Part shown: one piece after another, positions 18,543 to 28,924 of the stretch
Position numbering within the stretch: the first letter of the stretch is position 1
How the letters are laid out: every line of letters begins with the position of its first letter
Assembly: GCA_037133435.1 (NCBI GenBank)
Contig: JBAXOD010000004.1
Coordinates: 90-64,089, forward strand
Direction: 5' to 3'
DNA from: Candidatus Moraniibacteriota bacterium
Lineage (GTDB): Bacteria; Patescibacteriota; Minisyncoccia; Moranbacterales; UBA1568
DNA length: 64,000 bases
Translations under genes and position numbers: made by a program
Notes under the pieces: generated by a model
Seen by the model: the letters and a program-made list of their open reading frames with translations, nothing else
Database searches by the model: none
What the model was told of the DNA's origin: nothing

Positions 18543-20807
18543 ATGTGGTTTTTCAAAACGGCCGATCGGAGGGAAGTCATCGCGCTTGCGACACTCGCGA
18601 CGATGTTCAACATGAACTGTTTTCTCTTCATTCTCAAGTTCATACCGCACGTCCCGAAAATCGCGTTGCTGTCCGATCGGAATTTCTTTCTCATTTCGTT
18701 GCCGATCTCATCGCTCCTGCTGCTCGCCGGGATATTCTTCTTCAATCCGTTCCACAAGGTCCGGGATTGGTCATCGAAACTCCTCTTATTCCTGTTTCCC
18801 ACGGTCATCGTTTTCGCGATCGTCTGGAACCGAGGCGATTTGATTCCGGATTCGGCCAAGATATTCGTCTGTTTCTCTGTTCTCTTCATCGGGGCGTATT
18901 ATGCGGTGAGGGTGATCGGGAAACGCTCCGATATGCTTCACTCGCCCTCGATCGAAGAACCGTCACCCTCACGATGGGTCCGCAACCAGGGTTTCTCCCG
19001 ACTGGCGACCGTCATCGCCCTTACCGCGGTCTTTTTCGGATTCGCTATCCGCGATCTCGGAACCTTCGCGGCCGTCGATGAGGCGCTCTGGCTCTACGGC
19101 CGCATTCCGAAATACTGGAATGCGTTTGCCAGCCTCGAACCGGCAAAGACGAATATCAGCGACAAACCGGGCATCACGGTCGCCCTCACGACTGGCTTTG
19201 GGCTTCTCAGCGAAAATAATCCCAAAGCCTGGAAAGATCTCGAGGGGAACTACCGTCATATCGACGACTTCTTCCGCCTGTTCCGTCTGCCGATCGTCGT
19301 CCTCGCGACACTGCTCCTGCCGCTCTTCTACTATCTCTTGGAGCGACTTTCCGGAAAGACGTCCGCCCTGTTCGCCTATTCGTTCATCGCCCTTTCCCCT
19401 GTCACGATCGGCATGACGAAGATCATCAATCCGGATTCGCTCTTGTGGCTTTTCGCCCCGCTTTCCCTCTTCGCCTATCTCGCCTACGTCAAACGGCGGC
19501 ATCTCGGGTTTCTCTTACTGTCCGGCGGCCTGCTCGGACTCGCGCTCCTCACGAAATATGTGGCCAATATCCTTTTTGTCTTCGTGCTCGGCATCATCTT
19601 TCTCGAATACGTGTTTCGCAAGGAAGAGGAACCATTCCTGGTATACCTCAAACGCTCACTGCTCGCCTATGCCGTCTGGACGTTCACCGCGATATCGGTC
19701 TTTTTCGTCCTTTTTCCGGCAACCTGGGTAAAGCCGGTCAAGATACTCAACGCGACCATCTTCTCGCAGGCATTCGAAAAGGTCACGTATCTGTTCATCG
19801 CGCTGTTCGCGATCATTCTCGCCGACAGCCTCCTGAACCGGTCCCGTTTCACCGGGGCGATCGCGGGATTCCTTCGCAGGAGATACCGCTTCGTCGCCCT
19901 CTCAATCGGCATCATCTGGACGATGTTCTTTCTCTTCGTCACGACGGACGTCTGGACCGGGATGAAGCCGTATGATTTCATGACCATCCTCGCCGCGCCG
20001 AAAACCGTCCTGAAAGGGGCCAACATCTTCGGCGTCTTCGCGTCCAACGCGTATCCGCTCGTCTTCGGCGTGACCCCGTTCGTATTTTTTCTTCTCATCG
20101 CGGCGTCATTCATCGCCATCCGCAAACGACACCTTCGCACGGCGGCGGGAAAATTCGTTTTCTTCGGCGTCCTCTTCATCATGCTCTACTATGCGGGTAC
20201 CACGATCAGCAAGGTCGGCGCGATCACGCGCTACCAGATCATGCTCTTCCCGATCGCCGGAGCGATCGCGGGTATCTCGCTTTCCTTGTTCCTGAAAACC
20301 CTGTTGAAGTCGTCCGTTGGAAACCAGCCATGGTCCGCGAAACTGATTCCGACGATTCTCGCCGTAATCATCGTTTCCGGTTTGACAACCCTTTTCATGA
20401 CACCCTTCCCGCTCAGTTACGCGTCCGTCCTTCTCCCGAGACAATACGGCCTCGATGTGAAGGACATGGGAGAAGGGAGCTACGAAGCGGCACAATATCT
20501 GAACTCATTTCCGGACGCATACAAGCTTGTCATCTGGAGCGACAAGGACGGTGTCTGTAAATTTTTCAACGGCGTCTGCAAGTCCGGATTCGATTGGAGC
20601 GCCTATTCGAAAATCCATTTGGACTATTATGTCGTCACGTCCGGCCGGGAGAGCCGCACCGGAAAATTCGTGGGTTCCGCGGTCCGGAGCGCCCGGAGCG
20701 ACACCATCCGTCTCGACGAATTTTATGACCGGACCGATCCGCAGTGGGAGCTCCTCATCAACGATCGACCGTCGCAGTTCATAAAGATCTTCCCCAATAC
20801 GCAGTAG
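18543..20807 (+). CDS. GT-C glycosyltransferase, PMT/ArnT family, number 3 of 3, with a large C-terminal domain.
   Basis: FAAVDEALWLYG motif. 754 aa, polytopic. Confidence 0.7.
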   Translation: MWFFKTADRREVIALATLATMFNMNCFLFILKFIPHVPKIALLSDRNFFLISLPISSLLLLAGIFFFNPFHKVRDWSSKLLLFLFPTVIVFAIVWNRGDLIPDSAKIFVCFSVLFIGAYYAVRVIGKRSDMLHSPSIEEPSPSRWVRNQGFSRLATVIALTAVFFGFAIRDLGTFAAVDEALWLYGRIPKYWNAFASLEPAKTNISDKPGITVALTTGFGLLSENNPKAWKDLEGNYRHIDDFFRLFRLPIVVLATLLLPLFYYLLERLSGKTSALFAYSFIALSPVTIGMTKIINPDSLLWLFAPLSLFAYLAYVKRRHLGFLLLSGGLLGLALLTKYVANILFVFVLGIIFLEYVFRKEEEPFLVYLKRSLLAYAVWTFTAISVFFVLFPATWVKPVKILNATIFSQAFEKVTYLFIALFAIILADSLLNRSRFTGAIAGFLRRRYRFVALSIGIIWTMFFLFVTTDVWTGMKPYDFMTILAAPKTVLKGANIFGVFASNAYPLVFGVTPFVFFLLIAASFIAIRKRHLRTAAGKFVFFGVLFIMLYYAGTTISKVGAITRYQIMLFPIAGAIAGISLSLFLKTLLKSSVGNQPWSAKLIPTILAVIIVSGLTTLFMTPFPLSYASVLLPRQYGLDVKDMGEGSYEAAQYLNSFPDAYKLVIWSDKDGVCKFFNGVCKSGFDWSAYSKIHLDYYVVTSGRESRTGKFVGSAVRSARSDTIRLDEFYDRTDPQWELLINDRPSQFIKIFPNTQ

Positions 20808-20865
20808 TCACGAACCGACAGGCGGAAGCGCGCTCGGATTCGACCTCGGACCATGTTTCAGGTAT

Positions 20866-20899
20866 AAAAATAAAGACCCGTTTACGGGTCTTTATTTTC
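20866..20899. terminator. Bidirectional intrinsic terminator.
   Basis: aaaaataaagacccgtttacgggtctttattttct between convergent genes. Confidence 0.7.
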
Positions 20900-20911
20900 T
20901 CTCATGAAATA

Positions 20912-21604
20912 TCACTTCGCGTACGCTCCCGCCGCATTGTTCGAAGCCCATTTCTGCAGCCATTTCTGCTGCGTTTTCCCGAGACTCTTCGTGTAAAGCG
21001 ATGACTCGGCGATCGCCTTGTCCATCGGCCACCCCTCTACGCTGTAGCGATAAAGCGCGACCGCGATACCGGTACGCCCGATACCCGCCGCACAATGGAC
21101 GTTTGCGGGCTGATTTTGCGGATCCGTCACGAATTTCAAGTACTGATCAGCCTGTTCGTTCGTGGGATTACCGCCATCCTTGATCGGAAGGCTCAAGAAA
21201 CGAAGTCCCAACTCGTTGAATCCGGGCAGCTTCGAATCGACGGCATACTGGTTATCCTTCTCCCCGTCCTGACGAAAATCGACAACGCTCTTCCATCCGT
21301 TTTCCTTCATCCAGCGGAATTCGTCGAGGGTGGGCTGTTCGGAACGGGAGAGTTTTCCCGGAACCGGGATGGCAAACAGATTGAATTCGTCCTTGTTCGG
21401 GGCATTTTCCGGAACATTTCCCCGCGGCCCGACGAGTTCGGGATCTCCGGCATAGGCCGCATAATCATGCGTCACCGTATCGGCAACCGCGGTCTTCTTG
21501 ATTGTGGCTTTCTTGTATTGGTGATACGCGAAATATGCTCCACAGGCAATCAGGATCACCGCCCCGACGGCGACGAGTATCATCGTCACGTTTCTTTTAT
21601 TCAT
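20912..21604 (-). CDS. Membrane-anchored protein tyrosine / dual-specificity phosphatase.
   Basis: N-terminal TM helix plus CX5R P-loop HCAAGIGRTG. Confidence 0.75.
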   Translation of the reverse strand: MNKRNVTMILVAVGAVILIACGAYFAYHQYKKATIKKTAVADTVTHDYAAYAGDPELVGPRGNVPENAPNKDEFNLFAIPVPGKLSRSEQPTLDEFRWMKENGWKSVVDFRQDGEKDNQYAVDSKLPGFNELGLRFLSLPIKDGGNPTNEQADQYLKFVTDPQNQPANVHCAAGIGRTGIAVALYRYSVEGWPMDKAIAESSLYTKSLGKTQQKWLQKWASNNAAGAYAK

Positions 21605-21605
21605 A

Positions 21606-22505
21606 GTGTCTGCTATAATGACTACCCATCATCGAACGCACTATATCATGGAAACCGCAAAAAAAATACCGGCTATCATCCGCTCGCTCTTCGGGAACAG
21701 AAAGAGGCTGACTTCGATTATCGGAATCATATTGATCGTTGCCATCGTTTTCTTCACGAAAGACGCCTCGTACGGCGCGTATCTGAAATATGTCAGAAGC
21801 CACGATAACGAACTGAAAATCGGCTTCGTCACGGACATCCATGCCGGAAACAAGGCAAGCAAGGAAAAGGGAAGCGGGCTGATCTACCCGATGCACTTCA
21901 GGGAGAACATGACCTCCGCGCTCGACGACATGAGAAACGACGACTATATCGTCACACTCGGTGACAACCTCGATGTGGAAAAAGGATGTCAGAAATACAT
22001 CGACGAACTGCACAAGATGACGAAAAACTTCGACGTGCTGTGGACGAAAGGCAATCACGACAAGGATGCCTGTTTTCCGTCTCTCGAGTCCCGCGGAAAC
22101 TACTACTCTGTCGACGTGAAGGATTGGCGACTTGTGGTCCTGGACAATTCGAGTTGGTATACCGACGAAGAGCGCGCCTCGAACGGGAGCCAAAACAGGA
22201 TCGGATCGATCGATGCCGGACAGATGGCCTGGCTCAAGGATTCCCTGAAGACGGACAAAAAAATACTGATCGCCATCCATGTCCCGATCTGGGACGACAA
22301 CGGCAATGGAAACTATTCCATGCGCACCGACTATCTCGACCTGAAGAAGATGCTCGAGGACAGCGGAAACGTGAAATATGTCCTCTCCGGCCATTACCAC
22401 AACGATGACTGGAAACACGAGGAGAACGGTATCACCTATTACATTCTCCCCTCGATCGAACAGGAGGGTTCCGAGGGGTATCATATGACCCTGAAGCTCG
22501 AGTAG
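21606..22505 (+). CDS. Calcineurin-like metallophosphoesterase with an N-terminal TM anchor.
   Basis: GFVTDIHAG...TLGDNLD...GNHD...GHYHND motifs. Start ambiguous (GTG 21606, or ATG at codon 5 or 15). Confidence 0.75.
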   Translation: MSAIMTTHHRTHYIMETAKKIPAIIRSLFGNRKRLTSIIGIILIVAIVFFTKDASYGAYLKYVRSHDNELKIGFVTDIHAGNKASKEKGSGLIYPMHFRENMTSALDDMRNDDYIVTLGDNLDVEKGCQKYIDELHKMTKNFDVLWTKGNHDKDACFPSLESRGNYYSVDVKDWRLVVLDNSSWYTDEERASNGSQNRIGSIDAGQMAWLKDSLKTDKKILIAIHVPIWDDNGNGNYSMRTDYLDLKKMLEDSGNVKYVLSGHYHNDDWKHEENGITYYILPSIEQEGSEGYHMTLKLE

Positions 22506-22540
22506 ACGGGCGGCAGGTAACGCATCCTCCCTTCCGACCT

Positions 22541-22582
22541 CAAAAAACGGATACCCGCGTACGCGGGTATCCGTTCCGGTTT
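22541..22582. terminator. Bidirectional intrinsic terminator.
   Basis: caaaaaacggatacccgcgtacgcgggtatccgttccggtttta. Confidence 0.6.
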
Positions 22583-22595
22583 TATACGCACATCG

Positions 22596-23546
22596 TCACT
22601 CCCCTTCTATCCCGTATTCCTTCTTCTCCCGGAAAAACGACGGGGCACCGGCAAGACTGACGAGGATCTGCAGAAACCTGCCGAGGAGCGCCACCGCGAG
22701 CGCCGTTTCCGGCCGGATACCGATAAGCGGCAAGAACGCGTAATACGCCCACTCCTTGAGACCGATATTGTTCACCGAAACAGGCAGGCTTGAAATGATG
22801 CTGATAAGGAATACCACGGAAAGATACGGGACGATCGGCACCGGAGTACCGAGCGCCCAGAAGATGGTCATATTGAACAGTCCCACGCCGACGACCGCGA
22901 ACACGACCGAAACGATGAACGTGTCCCGGAAGAATCTCATATCCGTATATCCGCCGATCTCTCCGAAGACGTTCCGTATCTTTTCCGGCAGGAATTTGAA
23001 GACATTCTGCAGATGCCGTCGCGCATAGAAGAAGAACGCGTCGACGACGAGAAAAACGGTCAGGAATATCCCGAATGCCGCGAACAGGTCCTGCGAGAAC
23101 ACCTCACGGAACCCGATTACCCCGAACAACAGGAACAGGATGATCGTCACGAAGAGTCCCATGAACCGCACGAACATGACGGTGGAGAACGCCGCGGCAT
23201 ACCGCTTTTCGGATTTCCCGAGAATATAACTCTGATAGGCGTCCCCGCCGAGAAACGACGGCAGGAAATTGTTCAGGAACAATCCGGCATAGAAATGTTC
23301 CCGCGCGTTTCCGAGCGTCATGGAGAATCCCTTATACTGCGAGGTGCGCCACCATCTCCGTACGCACAGTTCGACGCCGAAACCGTACAAAACGGTAGCC
23401 ACGAGCAAGAATGGGATGGACGCCTTGGCAAACTCCCCCCACATCCTCGACCAATCGACCTGCCAGATAAGCAGTCCGATGAGCCCCGCCGCCACGGCCG
23501 ACTTGGCGATCAGGAGAAGCTTTTTTTTCGGTTCCTTTTCGGGCAT
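22596..23546 (-). CDS. UPF0104 / lysyl-PG-synthase-TM-like (flippase-like) membrane protein.
   Basis: About 315 aa with 8 TM helices. Start taken at MPEKEPKKKLLLIAKSAV. Confidence 0.45.
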   Translation of the reverse strand: MPEKEPKKKLLLIAKSAVAAGLIGLLIWQVDWSRMWGEFAKASIPFLLVATVLYGFGVELCVRRWWRTSQYKGFSMTLGNAREHFYAGLFLNNFLPSFLGGDAYQSYILGKSEKRYAAAFSTVMFVRFMGLFVTIILFLLFGVIGFREVFSQDLFAAFGIFLTVFLVVDAFFFYARRHLQNVFKFLPEKIRNVFGEIGGYTDMRFFRDTFIVSVVFAVVGVGLFNMTIFWALGTPVPIVPYLSVVFLISIISSLPVSVNNIGLKEWAYYAFLPLIGIRPETALAVALLGRFLQILVSLAGAPSFFREKKEYGIEGE

Positions 23547-23651
23547 ACGGTGAGATTTTACGGAAAGTGACTTCCAGGATACTATGAAGATGACCCGCAT
23601 TCCAATGGTAGCAGGAAGCGTCTTTTTTCGATAGACCCGTCAAAAAACCCT

Positions 23652-24029
23652 ATGAGAATCTATATCAGTCATCCGAGAGCGTCGGACTTCGAGAATGAAC
23701 TTTATGCGCCCATTCGCGAGCATTTTTCCGAAAGCGGGCACGAGTTCATACTGCCGCATGAACACGGAAACGACGAGGAAACCAAATCGGTCATCCCGAC
23801 CTGTGACCTCTTGATCGCCGAGGTCTCGAAGCCCGCGACCGGCGTCGGCATCGAGCTCGGCCGTGCCGAAGCGGCCGGCATACCGATCGAATGTATCTGT
23901 CACACCGGAAATATCCCATCCTCGTCACTCGATCGACTCGTCGACGAAATACATGAATACGATTCGAAGGAATCAATGCTGACTCTCTTCAAGACGATCA
24001 TCGAAAAGCACGATCTTAATTGCAATTAA
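23652..24029 (+). CDS. Nucleoside 2-deoxyribosyltransferase-like (Rossmann-like) protein.
   Basis: MRIYISHP... and a catalytic-Glu region VGIELGRAEAAGIPI. Confidence 0.45.
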   Translation: MRIYISHPRASDFENELYAPIREHFSESGHEFILPHEHGNDEETKSVIPTCDLLIAEVSKPATGVGIELGRAEAAGIPIECICHTGNIPSSSLDRLVDEIHEYDSKESMLTLFKTIIEKHDLNCN

Positions 24030-24039
24030 ATCCGACATT

Positions 24040-24432
24040 ATGAAAACCATACTGGTCGATGCCGCATTTACTTTTACGATAGACAGCGAAAGCGGTTTCC
24101 ATATCTTTCAGGAATTGCATGATCTTCTTGATACGTTTCCGAATCCGAAGATTATCCTCACGAACGCGAACGACGAACAGCTTTTGAAATTCGGCATCGT
24201 CGATATGCCCTATCCCGTCTTTTCCCTGAAGCACGAACCGGACAAGGTCGTGCCCGAATATTTCGTAATAATGCTCGATCATTTCAACCTGAAACCGGAA
24301 GATATCGTCTATTTCGAACATGACCTGAATGCCGTACGAAGTGCGGAGTCAGTCGGCATCACATCGTATCACTACGATGCCGACAAAAAAGACCTCGTGT
24401 CGCTTCGAAATTTTCTCGAGCACAATGTCTAG
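24040..24432 (+). CDS. HAD-like small hydrolase family protein (motif I degenerate).
   Basis: KIILTNANDEQLLKFG... YFEHDLNAVRSAESVGI (motif IV-like). Confidence 0.35.
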   Translation: MKTILVDAAFTFTIDSESGFHIFQELHDLLDTFPNPKIILTNANDEQLLKFGIVDMPYPVFSLKHEPDKVVPEYFVIMLDHFNLKPEDIVYFEHDLNAVRSAESVGITSYHYDADKKDLVSLRNFLEHNV

Positions 24433-25024
24433 AAACGATACCATCGTAATCGTCCCAGGTGCCCGGTATCCGAATTCCGAGAACCCGTTCATCCAATCGG
24501 TGATTGTGAAGCTGCTCGGTCTGTTCAATGTCATTCCCTCCCCTACCGACACCGAGGAAGAATGGATACGGGCGCTTGAGAACGGAAATCGCCAGATTAT
24601 CCGATTCGTCTGGAGTGGACGCGCATCCGTGCATTCCGTCCGGAAGGCGGCACGAGAACTCGCCTCGCTGATCCGAAAATATCCTTCCGTCACCGTCGTT
24701 TCCTGCAGTCTCGGGACGCAGGTCGCATTATTGGCAACAAAACGCAATAACGATATCAGGAAGATTGTTTCACTTTCCGGCGTATATCGACGATCGGATA
24801 CGCCGTTTCCGATCATCGACATCCGTTCTTCCGACGACCCGTTCGCAAATGTGTTTCATGCCATACTAAACCTGTTCTCTCTCACTTCGAAACCTACACA
24901 ACAAATCATACTCGAAGGAATCCGGCACGACGAGTTCGGTACGGATGTGCTCCTTCAAAAGGGAAAATTCTCGGGTCGGAATATTTCCGACGTGATAGAA
25001 TCATTCATCGATCCGTCTGTCTGA
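24425..25024 (+). CDS. Alpha/beta-hydrolase-fold protein.
   Basis: Nucleophile elbow VVSCSLGTQ. Start taken at MSRNDTIVIVPG. 8-nt overlap with the upstream gene. Confidence 0.4.
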   Translation: MSRNDTIVIVPGARYPNSENPFIQSVIVKLLGLFNVIPSPTDTEEEWIRALENGNRQIIRFVWSGRASVHSVRKAARELASLIRKYPSVTVVSCSLGTQVALLATKRNNDIRKIVSLSGVYRRSDTPFPIIDIRSSDDPFANVFHAILNLFSLTSKPTQQIILEGIRHDEFGTDVLLQKGKFSGRNISDVIESFIDPSV

Positions 25025-25312
25025 TTTGACAGGGGCCGAATGCGCCCTTATACTGGCGCATATGAACTTCACAGTGAATACGACGAAGGGCATCGCGTGG
25101 TGGACCGCTTCCTGAATGAGGCGGATATTTGACGTTGTCACCCGATATCCCGCCTCTTTCCAGGGCGGTTTTATATTTGTTTATTCTATTCTTATGTCCC
25201 CGAACACATACTTCCTCTATCGCGGTGCATCGACCTTTTCCTGGCGACGCTCGATTCGGCTTTTCTATGCGATATTATCGCGTGTATTTCATTCCATTCA
25301 TATTCAAATTTT

Positions 25313-26545
25313 ATGACCGCATTCATTCATGACGACCACAAGACGAACAAAGAAATCCTCGGCGAACTTCCAGATAGCAAAGGCTACTTCGGCGAATACG
25401 GCGGACAACTGATCCCGCCGGAACTCAAAACCGCGATAGACGAGGTCGCGATAGCGTACGAAGAAGCGAAAAACGACCCCGCGTTCCAAAAAGAATATAG
25501 GGACCTCCTCTCGGAGTATGTCGGCCGCCCTTCCCCGATATTTTTCGCCAAGCGGCTTTCGGAAAAAATTGGCGGGGCGAAAATATTCCTCAAGCGCGAG
25601 GACCTGAACCATACCGGAGCGCACAAGATCAACCATACCCTCGGGGAAGCGCTCCTCGCGAAACGCATGGGAAAAACGAAGCTCCTCGCCGAAACGGGCG
25701 CCGGCCAGCACGGTGTGGCACTCGCGACCGCAGCGGCGCTCACAGGTCTCGACTGTGAGATCCACATGGGTACGATCGATATCGAGAAACAGCATCAAAA
25801 CGTGTTACGTATGCGGATGCTCGGCGCGACCGTGGTTCCGGTAGAAAGCGGGGGGCGATGTCTCAAGGATGCGGTCGACAGCGCGTTCTCGGCATTCATC
25901 GCCGATCACGAACATACGTTCTTCGGCATCGGTTCCGTCGTCGGTCCGCACCCGTACCCGATGATGGTCCGCGACTTTCAATCGATCGTGGGCGAGGAGG
26001 CCCGTCGTCAGATGCTCGAACGGGAAGGGCGTCTTCCGGATACGCTCGTCGCGTGCGTCGGTGGCGGTTCGAACGCGATCGGTCTCTTCACGGCGTTCCT
26101 CGATGACGAAGTCGATATGGTCGGCGTGGAACCGGCCGGACGAAGTTTCAAGAAGGGCGACCATGCCGCGACACTGACCCTCGGGACGCCGGGTGCCATC
26201 CATGGCATGTTCACATATCTATTGCAGGACGCGGAAGGAACACCCGACCCGGTCCATTCCGTCGCCTCGGGACTCGACTATCCCGGTGTCGGTCCGGAGC
26301 ACGCTCACCTCAAGGACACGGGACGCGTCACCTACGCGACCGCGACAGACAAGGAGGCGCTTCAGGCCTTCTCCGTCCTCTCCGAGACGGAAGGTATCAT
26401 CCCGGCGCTCGAAAGCGCACATGCGGTGGCGTACGCGATGAAAATCGCACCGGATATGGACAAGGACGCGATCATCCTCGTCAACCTTTCCGGCCGCGGC
26501 GATAAGGACATCGACTATGTCGCGGATGTGATCGAACGTATATGA
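25313..26545 (+). CDS. trpB: Tryptophan synthase beta chain.
   Basis: [40 protein letters not shown]. No trpA adjacent. Confidence 0.92.
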   Translation: MTAFIHDDHKTNKEILGELPDSKGYFGEYGGQLIPPELKTAIDEVAIAYEEAKNDPAFQKEYRDLLSEYVGRPSPIFFAKRLSEKIGGAKIFLKREDLNHTGAHKINHTLGEALLAKRMGKTKLLAETGAGQHGVALATAAALTGLDCEIHMGTIDIEKQHQNVLRMRMLGATVVPVESGGRCLKDAVDSAFSAFIADHEHTFFGIGSVVGPHPYPMMVRDFQSIVGEEARRQMLEREGRLPDTLVACVGGGSNAIGLFTAFLDDEVDMVGVEPAGRSFKKGDHAATLTLGTPGAIHGMFTYLLQDAEGTPDPVHSVASGLDYPGVGPEHAHLKDTGRVTYATATDKEALQAFSVLSETEGIIPALESAHAVAYAMKIAPDMDKDAIILVNLSGRGDKDIDYVADVIERI

Positions 26546-26810
26546 TAGCATTTCTAAATATTATTCCCTATACGATTGTGTTTGCGAGCCCGCACTCGGG
26601 CTGCCTGCCCCGCGCATGCCAGGGTGGCAATTCAGCCCCCTCGGTCTTTGCGAGGGAGTCCTCGACCGCGGCAATCCAGAATGAGAGAATATGACATGAA
26701 CCGCCACATCTCACCTTTCGCGAAAGGCGGAACTCGCGGAGACAAAGGGAGCAGATTTCTTAGAAATGGTAAAATCATCACTTTCACTCGATCCGACTCA
26801 GTTCGTAAAT

Positions 26811-26846
26811 GTTACATCTGATACGCTATCGCGTATCAGATGTAAC
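26811..26846. repeat. 36-bp perfect palindrome, variant of the 40-bp palindrome family (compensatory arm changes).
   Basis: gttacatctgatacgctatcgcgtatcagatgtaac vs gttacatttgctacgctatcgcgtagcaaatgtaac at 62657 and 63948. Confidence 0.6.
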
Positions 26847-26919
26847 TCCGAATGACCCTGTTTTCAACCAATAAGACATAATATATCCCCTGATTCCGGT
26901 TCGATGCTTTACTGATTCC

Positions 26920-26968
26920 GGAAGGGCGCGAACGGACGACCGTCCGTTCGCGCCCTTCCCTGTTTTCC
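26920..26968 (+). terminator. Strong intrinsic terminator (19-bp GC stem plus T-run) on the plus strand.
   Basis: ggaagggcgcgaacggacgaccgtccgttcgcgcccttccctgttttcc. Confidence 0.6.
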
Positions 26969-27034
26969 GCGCATTCCTGAACAACACAGCTAACCAAAAA
27001 AAAGACACACTGAGTGTCCGAGGTTTCTCTTCTT

Positions 27035-27362
27035 AGTATCTATCTCAAATCTCACCACGATAATAAGCCAAAAAATCCGTTTGTCGTCTGAAATCCGTAC
27101 ATTTCGGCTGCCCGCCCGAATCGCTACGCGAAGCGTTGCGGGCGGGCCCAGACCGTCTCGCCAAGCGATCGTCGCGGGCGGGCCCAGACCGTCTCGCCAA
27201 GCGATCGTCGCGGGCGGGCCCAGACCGTCTCGCCAAGCGATCGTCGCGGGCGGACAAACCCTTCAAATCTCCTCGGGTTACGACAGTAGCCCTCGACGAT
27301 TTTCAGTGTTTTCGCTCGAAATGTACGGATTTCAGTTCGACATGAGATTTGAGAGAGATACT
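27035..27362. mobile_element. MITE-like element, copy C (~328 bp), containing a 36-bp x3 internal tandem repeat.
   Basis: TIRs agtatctatctcaaatctca / tgagatttgagagagatact. Internal (cccagaccgtctcgccaagcgatcgtcgcgggcggg) x3 at about 27140-27250. Confidence 0.65.
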
Positions 27363-27369
27363 TATTCCT

Positions 27370-27747
27370 TTACGAAAAATGTCGGATTTCGCGAACGGAT
27401 AGCCATTGTTTGAAATAGGTGCACCGCCCTGCCTCGTCGAGAGAAACCTGAAAAATGCCGTCCATCTCCACCCGGTTCCCGGTAGCTAAGACCGTTCTCG
27501 TCAGTCGAAAATGAATGATGCCGCATTTCTCGTTCTCCGCAAGAATCTCGTATGAATACTCGATATCCTTCTGATATTCCGGCGCGACTTCCCAGAGTCT
27601 CCGGATCGCATGGATATCCAGGCAAGGTTTGTCGAAAACCGTCTCATAATATGCACAATCCTCCGCGATCGTCGACATGACCCGCTCGACATCGCGGTTC
27701 TTCCAACCCTCCATGAACGCGTCCATCCATGCACTATATTTATTCAT
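27370..27747 (-). CDS. NTF2-like / SnoaL-like small protein.
   Basis: 125 aa, MNKYSAWMDAFMEGWKNRDVERVMSTIAEDCAYYETVFDKP... pattern. Confidence 0.4.
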   Translation of the reverse strand: MNKYSAWMDAFMEGWKNRDVERVMSTIAEDCAYYETVFDKPCLDIHAIRRLWEVAPEYQKDIEYSYEILAENEKCGIIHFRLTRTVLATGNRVEMDGIFQVSLDEAGRCTYFKQWLSVREIRHFS

Positions 27748-27762
27748 AATGAGTCAATTCTT

Positions 27763-28902
27763 CTATAATACTCCCCGATATTCCTCCACATACCGCTGAG
27801 ACACTGATTTCCAACTCATCGATTCCGCCTTCGTGCGGCTGGCAACGGCCATACGGGCGCGGAGAGCGGGGTCGGCGATCAATGTGCCGAGCTTGGCCGC
27901 GAGGTCTTCCGGTGATTCCTTCTCCGCGAAAAATCCGTTCTCCCCGTCCGAGACGAGTTCTTCCGTCCCGCCAGTCACGGTCGCCACGATAGGAAGTCCG
28001 GATGCGATCGCCTCGAGCACGGTATTGCTCATCCCTTCGTTGAGTGACGGCATGCAGAAAATATCACATTCACGATATATTTCCGGAAGGTCGTCATGCG
28101 GTATAAGCCCGCGGAATTCCACGCGATCCGTCACGCCTGACTCGGCCGCGACCGATTCCAGATTCGCCCGTTCCCCACCCCCGCCAACGACGATCAACCG
28201 TGCAGATCCGGGAAGCGACTCCATCGCACGGATCAAAAACCGCATTCCTTTGCGCGGGGTAAGCCGCGAAACGACCAGGATACGTACGATACCGTCGGAA
28301 ATTCGATTGCTTTCCGGCATGAACTGAATCGTATCCACGCCGTTTGGTATGACGGGAATATCACGCTTCGGATCGGTCACAAGTGCCAAATCGCGCAAAC
28401 CGTCGCTGTTCGACACGACCCGCGAGGATCGGTGCCACACCAGTCGCACGATGGGACGAAGGATCGCATAGAGTACCGTAAACCGTTCACTGTATCCCGG
28501 GACGTCCGCACCCCGGAGCGAGACGACATATGGTAACCGGAACTCGAACCCGAGCACCATGGCCAGAAATCCGCACGGGACTGTGAAAAACGCGTGTATC
28601 AGGTCGAAACCGCGTTCCTTGCGGATGAGCTTTCGGGAAAAGAAATATGCCTTCCACGAATACGTGATCAGGTCGGTACGCGACTGATAGTGGAGATTCT
28701 TCGGATTCTTGCCGATCGGCAACCGATGAATGATGATGCGCTCCCCGATCGTCTCGCGGGAATACTCGTTTCCTACGGCCGAAGTGACAAGATGCACTTT
28801 GAGATCCGGTACCGACGCGAACTCACGCAAAAGATACGCGGTCGCATTCCCCGCCCCACCCCCGAGCGGAGGATACTCGTAATTCAGAAACAATACCTTC
28901 AT
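27763..28902 (-). CDS. GT4 glycosyltransferase.
   Basis: MKVLFLNYEYPPLGGGAGN... EGMSNTVLEAIASGLPIVAT (E-X7-E region). Confidence 0.8.
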   Translation of the reverse strand: MKVLFLNYEYPPLGGGAGNATAYLLREFASVPDLKVHLVTSAVGNEYSRETIGERIIIHRLPIGKNPKNLHYQSRTDLITYSWKAYFFSRKLIRKERGFDLIHAFFTVPCGFLAMVLGFEFRLPYVVSLRGADVPGYSERFTVLYAILRPIVRLVWHRSSRVVSNSDGLRDLALVTDPKRDIPVIPNGVDTIQFMPESNRISDGIVRILVVSRLTPRKGMRFLIRAMESLPGSARLIVVGGGGERANLESVAAESGVTDRVEFRGLIPHDDLPEIYRECDIFCMPSLNEGMSNTVLEAIASGLPIVATVTGGTEELVSDGENGFFAEKESPEDLAAKLGTLIADPALRARMAVASRTKAESMSWKSVSQRYVEEYRGVL

Positions 28903-28924
28903 AGAATGACCAATAATCAAAGCG

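Noticed and set aside
21597-22484. 295-aa minus-strand ORF.
   Set aside because: It is antisense to the metallophosphoesterase gene, which has clear catalytic motifs.
27140-27250. Three exact 36-bp direct repeats, considered as a possible CRISPR array.
   Set aside because: The repeats are contiguous with no spacers and lie inside a MITE. There are no cas genes.
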